NCBI RefSeq assembly: GCF_000281045.1 | Contig: NW_008246102.1 | Location: 178,992-242,991, forward strand | Source of the DNA: Saprolegnia diclina VS20 | Taxonomy: Eukaryota | Direction of reading: 5' to 3' | Length of the DNA stretch: 64,000 nucleotides | Shown here: positions 21,127-31,665 of the stretch, piece after piece | Position numbering within the stretch: the stretch's first letter is position 1 | Layout: each line of letters opens with the position of its first letter | Notes under the pieces: model-generated | Databases searched by the model: none | What the model was told of the DNA's origin: nothing | What the model saw: only the letters and a program-made list of their open reading frames with translations | Program-made: the position numbers and the translations under genes

Positions 21127-22842
21127 ATGGGCAACAGCAGCAGCAACGCAAGGCGCCGAGCGTCGTCTGCGCGGAGGCGCGCCGAGTCGACGCCGCATCT
21201 GCTATCGCCTGTCCCGGCCACCGAGCCGCCAACGCGCGACCGCCCAACGTCGCAGCGCCGCTCGCTGACCGACCTTCCGGCCACGCAAGGTGGCATTGAG
21301 CGAGGCCAGGAGGCGGTCGAGGACGCGACCGACCAGCTCGGGTACTGGTCGCTATTGCGCCACGGCTACGAGAACTTGGTGAACCTCATCATCCGGCCGC
21401 CGCGTGCGCAGTACGACGTCGACGAGCTCGGGCCCGTCGAGTTTTCGCTGGCGTCGACGCGCTTCCGCCGCACCGACTTTAGCGTGCCCGTGTCGCGCCA
21501 AGGGCAGAGTATGCAGATGCAGTGTTCACACTGGGCGCCGTCAACGCCGACGCTGGCGACGATGCCATGCGTCATCTATCTCCACGGCAACTCGTCGTGC
21601 CGGCTCGAAGCGCTCTCGGTGCTGCGCTGCGTGCTTGCAAGCGGCGCGACGCTCGTGACGCTCGACTGTATTGGCTGCGGCCAGTCGGACGGCGAGTACA
21701 TTTCACTCGGCTACTACGAACGCGGTACGATTAGTCATCCTCCTCTTCGTCACCATCTCTCACATGAACACGACTGCGATCTTTAGACGACGTGCAGACG
21801 CTGGTCGAACACCTGCGCGGGACGGGCCACGTGTCATCGATCGCGCTCTGGGGCCGGAGCATGGGCGCCGTTACCGCGCTTTTGCATGCCGACCGGGACC
21901 CGTCGATCGCTGGCGTCATCATCGACAGTGCGTTTGCCAACCTTGAGCAGCTCGTACGATCGCGCCAATCCAAGCGGGCCAGCTTACAGTGACGCGCGTA
22001 GGTCATGGAGATCGTCGAGCACGGCCGGCGCGAGGGCTACACGATCCCCAACATGGTCGTCAAGGTCGCGCTCAAGTTCATCCGGTCGTCCGTGCACAAG
22101 CGCGCGCGCTTTGAGCTCCGCGACCTCTCGCCCATCGACCACGTGGACAAGTCGTTCATTCCAGCGCTCTTTGTCGGTACGTCGACCATCTCATTTTCAG
22201 AACGAACCTCATGTTCGCGCATGACTTCAGCGGCCCACAAGGATGTGTTTATCCAGCCCCACCACAGCGAACAGCTCTTTGAAAAGGTACGCACGCCTTT
22301 TCGACACTAGTTGGACGCAACTATGTATCTCAAAATGGTCTAGTATGCTGGGGACAAGAACCTCATCAAGGTCCACGGCGACCACAACAGCTCGCGGCCA
22401 CAGTACCTCCTCGACTCGATCAGCATCTTCCTTCAGAGTGTCATGTGCATCGACGAAGCGCAGACGCTGCATGATCCATTCACAGGCAGCGGCATGCCGT
22501 GGCACCAAGACGCCATGGTACGCTCAACGCCGCCCTAGCATTGTCAGCGCAGTAATGTGGGAGTAGATCCAGCGGGTACTACAAGCGTCCTTGGCCGGCG
22601 ACGCTTCGGACGACGACGACGACACTGGCGACGGACCCAACTGGGCGTGCTCGGCCTGCACCTTTCTCAACGTCGCCAAGCGAAAGCATGTATGTTGACG
22701 TCTCTTCTACTACTCCTCGTATTGATTAAGGAGTGGCTTGTAGTGTACCATGTGTGGGGCCCGCGCCAACCGCGCCGACGTCCATCTCGACGACGTCGTG
22801 GTGGATGCAACTGCCTTGCCCGTGGCCGCCGTCGAGAGCTAA
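21127..22842 (+). CDS. Alpha/beta-hydrolase with N-terminal MGNSSS and C-terminal RanBP2-type zinc finger
   Basis: YLHGNSSCR, nucleophile elbow WGRSMG, D in AAHKDVFI, and GDHNS. The spliced tail reads WACSACTFLNVAKRKH/CTMC. Stop at 22840-22842. Confidence 0.85.
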
Positions 22843-23078
22843 TGCATCATGTTGTATATATATCGCATTGCTCACTTGTCCTATTCGTTTTAAACGCAAT
22901 GTCCTGTACCTTATGGCGCATGCGACCGACGCGCCAGGGGACGGCAAGCATTCTAGTTAGTTAGTCGATTCAACCTCACATGTAACAGTATTTATTGTTA
23001 AAGTACATTATTTAATGATAATATCCGGAACTTGACCGGATGTGGCGGTGGTCGCCATGCACTTCCCACCCAAACAGG

Positions 23079-23876
23079 ATGCTGGTCAACCGCGTGGTCC
23101 GCCGGGCGGCGCGCCGGTGTCTGAGCACCAAGCCGACGACGACGACGACGACTGCAACGACGCCGACGGTGCCCAAGCCCATCACGAACGATACCATGGG
23201 CGACACGGCGACAACGCGTCTCTTCGGTTCCGACTGGGCCGACCGGCGCGGGCAGCGCGTCTCGTTCACGATGAAGGTCTACTGGTCCATCTTTGGCCTC
23301 TTCATCTTGAACGGCGCCGTGACGCAGATGACAGGGCGCGACGGTACGACCGACTCTATGGTCAGGCGCCTCATGCTGTGGTGTCTAGAGTTTCACTATT
23401 ACGATTTGGTCAAGTCGACGCTCCGGAATGCTGCATTTGGCAAGCCCGCGGCTACAGAGCACGACATGATTGCAGCCGAAGAAGGCGCCGAGCCTACCGA
23501 GGGTGCGGCCGACGTCCCTGCACCGGTCGACGTCCCTGCACCGACCGCACCGCCAGCTAGCGCACCGGTTGTTGCCGTGGTGGCACCGGTGGCCAAGCCG
23601 TTGCCGACATCAACGACGTCGGTGCTCTCGTCGTCGGGGTCGGCGCCGATGGGGATGCCCATGGGCGTCATTCCGTCCTTGCAACGGGCAGCGCCCGCGG
23701 TCGTCGTGGCGCCCACCGTCGCCGGCGTCCAGTGGCAAGAGGAGCTGGACAACCTCCGCGCGTACGAAGCGACGCTGCGAGCCAAGAACGCCCGCAATTT
23801 GCGCGCGATTGCGGCCGAGCTCCAAGAGATTGCGATGCTCAAGGGCGAGATCAAGAAGCGACTCCGCTCGACCTAG
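23079..23876 (+). CDS. Hypothetical protein, probable mitochondrial presequence, one TM segment, C-terminal coiled coil
   Basis: Arg-rich start MLVNRVVRRAARRCLST, hydrophobic VYWSIFGLFILNGAV, Pro/Ala linker, and WQEELDNLRAYE...IKKRLR. Likely one in-frame intron near 23344-23388. Confidence 0.65.
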   Translation: MLVNRVVRRAARRCLSTKPTTTTTTATTPTVPKPITNDTMGDTATTRLFGSDWADRRGQRVSFTMKVYWSIFGLFILNGAVTQMTGRDGTTDSMVRRLMLWCLEFHYYDLVKSTLRNAAFGKPAATEHDMIAAEEGAEPTEGAADVPAPVDVPAPTAPPASAPVVAVVAPVAKPLPTSTTSVLSSSGSAPMGMPMGVIPSLQRAAPAVVVAPTVAGVQWQEELDNLRAYEATLRAKNARNLRAIAAELQEIAMLKGEIKKRLRST

Positions 23877-24621
23877 TCGTTCAGTGAATAGAATGCATCC
23901 CACTGTCTTGAGCTCCCTTTTCCGAGTCGTGGGAGTCGGAGATTCGACGAATGTGACGATGCCTAGTAGCTTGAGCTGCAACTCGGGCTACTCGTAGACA
24001 CTTTATGGCGCCAGCTCCGTCTCTGGGTTCGCTATCGACCACAGTGCATTGAGTGGTGGTGATTGAATTGTAGTTGGCTTCCATGACCAGATTTGGCTGC
24101 TGCCAGAACTTTGGGGTGATCGTCGATCCTCCTACATTGTACGCGCCAGAAGTAGCCACGATGATTCATTGACCGCCGTGCACCTTGCCGGATCTGACCA
24201 CTGGCCGCGGTGACGCGTCCAGCCAGGATTTGCGAGTACAGTGTACTCGCGCGCCACTTAAGGCAGTTGCTTCGATGCCATTCACGCGACCGGTGGCAAT
24301 GGCCATCATGAGCCACCGCCGTTCCGCAACTGCGCCGGCCGTGTCCAGGTGGCACAGAGCGTGCCCGCTGTTGACCTCTGTTGAACGCAGTTGAGCGCCG
24401 TAGTAGGTGGCGTCGACTGTCCAAGAAGATACCAACAAGTAGTCTTTGCCCTTTCTGTAGCAATCATCGTCGTGTCGATCGTATGCACAATGCGCGCCGA
24501 TGGGCGCCCGCGTCAGGGCTACTTCGCGCACGGCTACTGCGACGAGCCATGGCGTCGGCGCAACCGTCGCCGTCTAAAACGGTGGCGTACGGTGGGATTT
24601 CGACTTGCAACCGACGGTTGG

Positions 24622-25155
24622 ATGCATCGCGCTCGACAGTTCGCGACGACGATCGGCAGCCGCCGGGCGCTGGCAACGACGCCGACGACGCGCACCGGCC
24701 CGTCGCAGACGACGACCGCATCGCTCGCTGCGGTTGCCGCCGGCCTCGTCGCAGCAAGCATCGTCGTGATCGAGACGTCGACGCTTGCGCAACCGCCAAA
24801 CATCTCGCCACTCGCCTCTGTTCATGACGACAAACCACCGGCTCCAGTACTATTGGTGCACGAGGCACCCAGGGACGCGGGTAACGTGCAACCCTCGTCG
24901 TCGTCGTTGGACGCACCCATCCACTTGGCGCTCGCCGCGCCAGGCACCGCCGTACCATCGCTGCCCGCCTTGAACTCGACGTCGTCCTCGGTGGATGTCG
25001 ACCACTGGCAGCAAGAGCTCGCGGGGCTGCGCGCCCTCGAGGCCCAAGTTCGCATCGACTACGCCGACAAGGCGGCGCGGATGGCAGAGCTGGAGCGCAT
25101 TGCGGCTGCAAAAGCAGCAATCAAGCGCCGCCTACGCGGCCACAGTGCACCTTGA
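24622..25155 (+). CDS. Hypothetical protein, paralogue of 23079-23876
   Basis: MHRARQFATTIGSRRALATT presequence-like start, a hydrophobic segment, and C-terminus WQQELAGLRALE...IKRRLR matching the upstream gene. The start codon is uncertain. Confidence 0.6.
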   Translation: MHRARQFATTIGSRRALATTPTTRTGPSQTTTASLAAVAAGLVAASIVVIETSTLAQPPNISPLASVHDDKPPAPVLLVHEAPRDAGNVQPSSSSLDAPIHLALAAPGTAVPSLPALNSTSSSVDVDHWQQELAGLRALEAQVRIDYADKAARMAELERIAAAKAAIKRRLRGHSAP

Positions 25156-25565
25156 CGACGAGATCGCGACAAGGCGCCAATTTCCAGTGCCTCAGTAGTG
25201 GTGCTCGGCACCATTGAATGCACGTCTCCTCCTTCTCATACTAGTTAGTACTGTGGTCCTCGTCTGCTGTGTCACGACCGTCGTTGCGTTGCTTTCTCAG
25301 ATCACCTCAAGGATCTTTGCATGTGGGACACACGTGGCTACTCGAGTGGCGCGGGCCGCGCTCTTCTCTGTAGCCGCACGCCTTTGCACCAACGTCGGCG
25401 TTATCGGGCTCGGCTGCGCACGGCATGCAGCGCACTTGCGGGCGGTGCGGCCACCGACCTGGCTCGGTGCTATAGCTCCAGACACAGCAATGCGACGACA
25501 AGAATATGAGATGGAAAGGGTGTATAAGTTAATACGGCACGATAGTAATAACAGAAAGGAGAGGT

Positions 25566-26339
25566 CTAGGTGCAGAGCTTGTTGGCGCGAAGGCGGTCCG
25601 AGTGGCTAAACTCCGAGTTGGTTTTGCAATCGATTGAGCAAAAGCCACGGACCGGCGCCAAGCTCGCGAGGTACCCGCGCGTGCAGTTGAGGCACTTGTC
25701 CGTCTCGGCGTACAGCGGCGTCTCGTAGAACGACGACCGGCGCTCGGACGCGAGGCGGTGGTTGTCGTCGTTGATGACGTAGAACGCGCACGACGACGGG
25801 CCGTCGCCGATGGCCTTCTCCGACACGAGGCCCTCGAGCACGAGCCGGTGGAAGAGCTGGACACCCATGAGGCGCGACTTGACGACGCCGTTGTCGACGA
25901 GCCAGTTGACGGCCTCCGACTTGACAAAATATTCGTACGAGAGGCGCGACTGCTTGGAAAGCGAGTGCGCAGCGATCTCTTGGTAGGCAGCCTCCATCTC
26001 GTCGTCCTCGAAGTCGATTTCCGCGTCCGAGACTGGGCTCGACGTCGACGTTGACGAGTCCATGCTGCTCATATGGCGCAGCGCGGTCGGATTGCACTCG
26101 ACGCAGACGCGGACGGGTTGGAGGTACCCGAGGGCCGGCAGCGGCGTAAAGTGCGGGCTGCAGTCGGCGCACACGAGGTGGCCGCAGGCGCGGCAGTGAT
26201 GGCGCCGGCGAAACCACGTGGTAAAGGCGTGCTGGCACCGGTGGCAGGCGTCCGAGGCGTCGTCCGGCTGCCACGGCGCGGCCTTTGTGATATCGAGCGG
26301 CAGGCTGCCCATGGGCAAGACGTCAACAACCACACCCAT
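25566..26339 (-). CDS. FYVE zinc finger + DEP-like domain protein
   Basis: WQPDD, CHRC, RRHHCRACG, CADC and RVCVEC. FVKSEAVNWLV...GVQLFHRLVLEGLV...FY resembles a DEP domain. C-terminal CLNC...FCSIDCKTN. Confidence 0.88.
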   Translation of the reverse strand: MGVVVDVLPMGSLPLDITKAAPWQPDDASDACHRCQHAFTTWFRRRHHCRACGHLVCADCSPHFTPLPALGYLQPVRVCVECNPTALRHMSSMDSSTSTSSPVSDAEIDFEDDEMEAAYQEIAAHSLSKQSRLSYEYFVKSEAVNWLVDNGVVKSRLMGVQLFHRLVLEGLVSEKAIGDGPSSCAFYVINDDNHRLASERRSSFYETPLYAETDKCLNCTRGYLASLAPVRGFCSIDCKTNSEFSHSDRLRANKLCT

Positions 26340-27371
26340 CCGGCTCGACTTGGCGATTTGGAAACTGAAGGCGAGACATTAAGCCGAGTGAATACCAGCT
26401 GGCACGTGTACCGTAGAGCGGGATGCTGTCTCGGAAAGGCCCATACTTGGCGCGATGCAATCGACCTACCCTCTCCCACTCCTCCGGGTACCAAAATGCA
26501 ATGTCGCACTGCAACTCGATCTTTCGAAGGCCCTGGTTACACTTGCGTTTTGTATGCCAGTGGTTGAAGGCATGTGAGCGTGTATAGTGCCGATTTTGAG
26601 ACACTGTTTCTATTTAAAATATATTGTGAGTTCGGCAAGGCACAAAGGTATAGATATATCATGTAAAAAAGATGCATTTGTAAGGCTGGGATGGGCAATC
26701 GAACTCGGGTGGCGCCAGCATACAAACGGCAAGATCAAACTCACCCAGAATAGAAAGGGCGACCGTCTGAGTTGCGCACTCACGTGTCAAGTTGTTGAAG
26801 CCATCGACAGGTGGTCCCACGCTGATTTAGATGATTTTGGGCGCGCAAATTAGAACTGCATTTCGAACTCAGAACCGCCATGGGTCCATAGCGACATAAC
26901 AAGGACAGCGAGGGTCGTTCTTGACGGCTCGTACAAATCCCATGTCGGCATTTGTGGGCTTGGACGACGAAAGCAAATGCAAGTGGTCTCGTCATATTCG
27001 AGTCCCCAACGCTCGCTATTTGATGTGCCTCTCTCCACGAAGCAATTTGACGACAGAAGCGTACGACATGTACCCGACATGGAAGCCGAAATGGACGGCT
27101 AGAAGGGTGTTACGTCCTGGGCTTTGCGTCTGAGTCGAGCCATTGATCGGTCTGAGAACGTGTTGGTGCACCATGGAGTGGGTCGACGAGACAGACACGG
27201 CTGTGTAGTCCATTAGGTGATTGTGGTTGACGCCTTATGCAGCTCTTTGGACACGCATGCGTGTTGCTTCGCACAACATACTCAGATGGACTATGGACGC
27301 CATCTGAGTCAGAAAGGACATAAACGAGCCGGCAAAGCACGCGAAAGAAAGGCCATGTACTACGTCCATCG

Positions 27372-28448
27372 CTACGACATGATCGCAGTGTCGTCTTGAT
27401 GGGCGTCCACCGACGTCTGGATCGCGTCCAAGCGGGCGAGTAACGCGTCGAGGTCGTCGGCGTAGGTCTATGCCTCAATCTTGACTTTCATAGGCCAGAG
27501 GAGGCTGTATTACCTGCACGCCGCACTCGAGCTCGAGCAAGTTGGCTAGCGCCGTCGTACAGGTTGCCTTTTTCATCATGATAAGTTTATAGTACCTTCA
27601 AAGGCCGCTTCTTCGGGGTCGTTGTTGAGCGACTCGCGCCACTGCCGCGAGAGGTCGCGTACGTGCAGCTGAAACACCTCGTCACGGAGTTTCTGGAGCT
27701 TGGAGACGTTGCTCGAGTTTTGCAAAAGCGATTGCACTTTGGCTTCGTCCGCCGGCGGCAATCCCGGTGTTGGCGCCGACGCTTGGAGCTGCCATTTGTC
27801 GACAGTCGCCCACCGCGCCTTGGCTTTCTGCACGCAACATGTTAGCAAAGCCCTTGGGACAGTATGAAAATGCACCATATAGAGATTGTGGAGCTCAGCG
27901 TCCGTGGCGTCATTGTCGCCGTCCGTGTCGTTGGTCACCGGAGATGCCTCCTGGGGTCGTCGCCGTCATGTCATCAACAATTCGTTCAGTTACCTCGACG
28001 ACGGCGAGAAGCTGCAAAGAGACCTTTTTGGCATGCTCCGAGCGCCAGCTCTGCAGGTCCCCCAGCACCTTGTCCATCTAATACACATGTTATAACGTGC
28101 CATACCGATGACTACCAAAGTGGCCGGTACCTCGTCAATGGTGATGGTGATGGACGTCGGGTCGTCGCCAAGAAGCACATGCGAATCGAGCGAGCTCGTT
28201 TCCGGGCCATGTAGCTCCGAGGTCGACTGCTGATTGTTATTGTTGTTGTTGTTGTTGAGAATACGTGACGGCGCGGGAGGCTGCTCGTCCCGCAAGGGCG
28301 GTAGTCGCGCAGGATGGCGCTTTTGCTTCTTGAGCGCGGCGGCCTTGAGTAGTGCACGTTGCGGCCCGTCTTCGAACCGGACATCCGCGGCCGACGGGCT
28401 CGCTCGCACTAAAATGTCGCGGTGTGTTGGCGGCGGCTTGGACGACAT
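27372..28448 (-). CDS. Hypothetical multi-exon helical protein
   Basis: MSSKPPPTHRD start with a poly-Asn tract. Short GT-AG introns link coding-like exons (e.g. DEAKVQSLLQNSSNVSKLQKLRDEVFQLH) to a last exon TYADDLDALLARLDAIQ...*. No family recognised. Confidence 0.5.
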
Positions 28449-29569
28449 CGTCGTCGGCGGAAGGCGAGGCCCCGTCGTCGCCTCCTTGGTCGTTTTCCGA
28501 CCCGTCTCGGTCGACTTGAAGATCAGCTACGCGAGATGCTGCAGCATAACGATGCGCTCCTGTCGACGTACCTGGATGATCTTGCGGCCATTGTGCTGGT
28601 ACGTCTCCATCCGTGTATTTTCGTGGGCGTTTCGAGTAAAAGCACCTCGGGGGTTTTCATGACGTGGCAGTCGGAGACGCAAGCTGAAGTGCACCTAGGT
28701 GTGTCGAACAGATTCAGCACGTGCTGGGCGAGCACTCGATTTCTTCACCTTCTTCTTCTCGCGCCTCCGACCAGAGAACATGCACCGATGCTCCCTTTGC
28801 TGCAACTGCGTGCGTTCAGCGTACCTCCCTTCGAGATTTGGTCGACGACGTTCAAGCAGCTGCAACACGTTCAGCGTGTCTGTACGGTATAGCTGGCCTA
28901 CTATGTATATGATAAAATACAATCAATTGCTAATAACCTTCAACTAGTAACTCATTCCTGGGCAAGCTTGGATGAACCCGCCCCGTAACAACATATTTGT
29001 CGTGCGCCCACACGAACATTCAGCTAAAATGCTGTGGACGACGCAAGACTTCCATTGGCCACCACTTGATACGCAAAAGGGTTCGAATTGGAACGCTGCG
29101 TACCCAAACGGCATGCGCCAGCGTCCAGAGTCTGGCGCCAGCGGTCTCTGCTTGCACCATGCGACGTACCAGAACAAAGACCAGACCACCACCACAATCA
29201 CATGCGAGACTTCAGATTTGGATGCGTTGCCGGGCCGCGCGCCCCGTTGGACGTACGAGGGTCGCAACACCCCCTTCTCGCCAATGTACTCACAGCACAA
29301 GCAGGGCGTCTTCCTGGGACAGACCGCCTCCACGCATCATCCCACGCTTGGCCCCTTCGTTTTCAACGCCACCTCCCGTTTTGCGTGCCAGTGAGCGCCG
29401 CCCACCGGTATGACGTGTCAAGCGCGGTGTCGAACTCGGTGTGTCTCGTAGTGGCGCCATCTCCACGACCGCCACCAGGCACTAGTACCTGCCATAACAC
29501 GCCCATTAGCCCCACGTCAAAGCGCGCAATGCGAACCGCATCCAGAGCTCCTTGTTAGAGAGTTGCTCC

Positions 29570-30079
29570 GGCACCATCACCGTGCGGAGGTCCAAGATGT
29601 GTCGTTCAGGATCGCCGCGACTTCCTCCGTCTTGTCGTCAACGTCAATGACCACCAGAAAGGCCTTGTAGTCGTCCAGCTTCTCAAAGATGCTCTTCGAA
29701 GGCGGGGTCATGGGCCACGCCATGGAAAGGACATGGACCTCGTCGACGGATTCTCTTGCTGGAGGCTCATCGAGTTGAGGAGCGTCTGCGCCTCATCTTG
29801 GACCTGCGCGACGATGATGGAGGCCTTCTCCTGCACTTGAACGACGCGCTCCTTGGCGGCCTGGTTGGCAGCCTCATAGAGCCACATGCTGCTGCGCCTC
29901 TGCGGCTTGTCAAGCTCGACCTCCACGCGTATCCGGACGAATGCCCACCTCTCTGGAGTGTCTCTGATCTGGTCGGTGTCAACCTTGCGACGAACTCTAC
30001 TTTGATGGGCGATCTGCCGGAATGCTTCGATGAGGTCGAGAGAGGAGCGTGTTGTGGGTGTTAGAACTAATGTGTACAT
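29570..30079 (-). pseudogene. Coding-like fragment with an apparent frameshift, next to a gap
   Basis: ERWAFVRIRVEVELDKP...AKERVVQVQEKASIIVAQVQDEAQ continues in another frame as TPPSKSIFEKLDDYKAFLVVIDVDDKTEEVAAIL. Family not recognised. Confidence 0.3.
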
Positions 30080-30202
30080 AATGTCTTGTCATAATGAGCC
30101 TTCTTGTGGCTGAACACTGCAACTACACTAGTGCCGATGACATTGGTGACCACTACAAACCACAAGCTTGTTGGTCTGCTACGCCAGTCGAGACCGCTAC
30201 AG

Positions 30203-30942
30203 NNNNNNNNNNNNNNNNNNNNNNNNNNNNNNNNNNNNNNNNNNNNNNNNNNNNNNNNNNNNNNNNNNNNNNNNNNNNNNNNNNNNNNNNNNNNNNNNNN
30301 NNNNNNNNNNNNNNNNNNNNNNNNNNNNNNNNNNNNNNNNNNNNNNNNNNNNNNNNNNNNNNNNNNNNNNNNNNNNNNNNNNNNNNNNNNNNNNNNNNNN
30401 NNNNNNNNNNNNNNNNNNNNNNNNNNNNNNNNNNNNNNNNNNNNNNNNNNNNNNNNNNNNNNNNNNNNNNNNNNNNNNNNNNNNNNNNNNNNNNNNNNNN
30501 NNNNNNNNNNNNNNNNNNNNNNNNNNNNNNNNNNNNNNNNNNNNNNNNNNNNNNNNNNNNNNNNNNNNNNNNNNNNNNNNNNNNNNNNNNNNNNNNNNNN
30601 NNNNNNNNNNNNNNNNNNNNNNNNNNNNNNNNNNNNNNNNNNNNNNNNNNNNNNNNNNNNNNNNNNNNNNNNNNNNNNNNNNNNNNNNNNNNNNNNNNNN
30701 NNNNNNNNNNNNNNNNNNNNNNNNNNNNNNNNNNNNNNNNNNNNNNNNNNNNNNNNNNNNNNNNNNNNNNNNNNNNNNNNNNNNNNNNNNNNNNNNNNNN
30801 NNNNNNNNNNNNNNNNNNNNNNNNNNNNNNNNNNNNNNNNNNNNNNNNNNNNNNNNNNNNNNNNNNNNNNNNNNNNNNNNNNNNNNNNNNNNNNNNNNNN
30901 NNNNNNNNNNNNNNNNNNNNNNNNNNNNNNNNNNNNNNNNNN
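30203..30942. other. Assembly gap (N-run)
   Basis: N bases. Confidence 1.
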
Positions 30943-31665
30943 TCCCCGGCGGCGAGCCAGAAGCGTGTAAAGGATGCTTCACTTTGGGTTTGTATAGTCT
31001 ACTTGAAGCTTCTACCGAATCGCCTTTCCCTTCGTAAAGTGTGTGGAGGTTTCTGTCCTCGAGGTTATGGGACCAACAACACGCAACTGGCTTCCGATCA
31101 CGCAGCACCTTTCGCAGGCGCACTCGCGACGTCTTGTTTCCGTCCTGTGTTGTGGGCGATCTACCGACAGCGGAAAGTTCATCTACAATGCTAGAACCTA
31201 CGAACCGTCTGAATAAGCAGCAGTCCTACTCGTCACACGCACTATTGTCTGTCTACCTCTTCAATTGTTAGGAAGAGCACCACTGCAGTGGGACCTGCTC
31301 CACCGATGCTTCGGTTGCAGAGCCATTCGCGCCGTGTGCTTCTCCTTGGCTCACTGCCACGCCCTGACGACGAGCGTCTCTACACTCGAGCTGGCGGATG
31401 ACGCCGTCGACGCTCTCTGCGGCGCCAGTGTTGGACGAGCGAATGACCGCGTTGCAATACCTGTATCCAAGATCTAAATTCTGTTTTTAAACAGTGTTTT
31501 CGACGACATTGTGTATTCGTCGATCCTTGGGATACGAGATCGACGCCACTGTCGGGCTCTTCAATGTCAACGCAACAGGCCGGTCTTGGAGCTCGAGGAC
31601 GCCGACTACCCGTCGCATCGATTACTCACAGACTCCAATGCAATACTGTCCTACTACTAGTCCTA

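Noticed and set aside
23881..24531. Minus-strand ORFs between the two mitochondrial-like paralogues
   Set aside because: No consistent splice model or recognisable domain.
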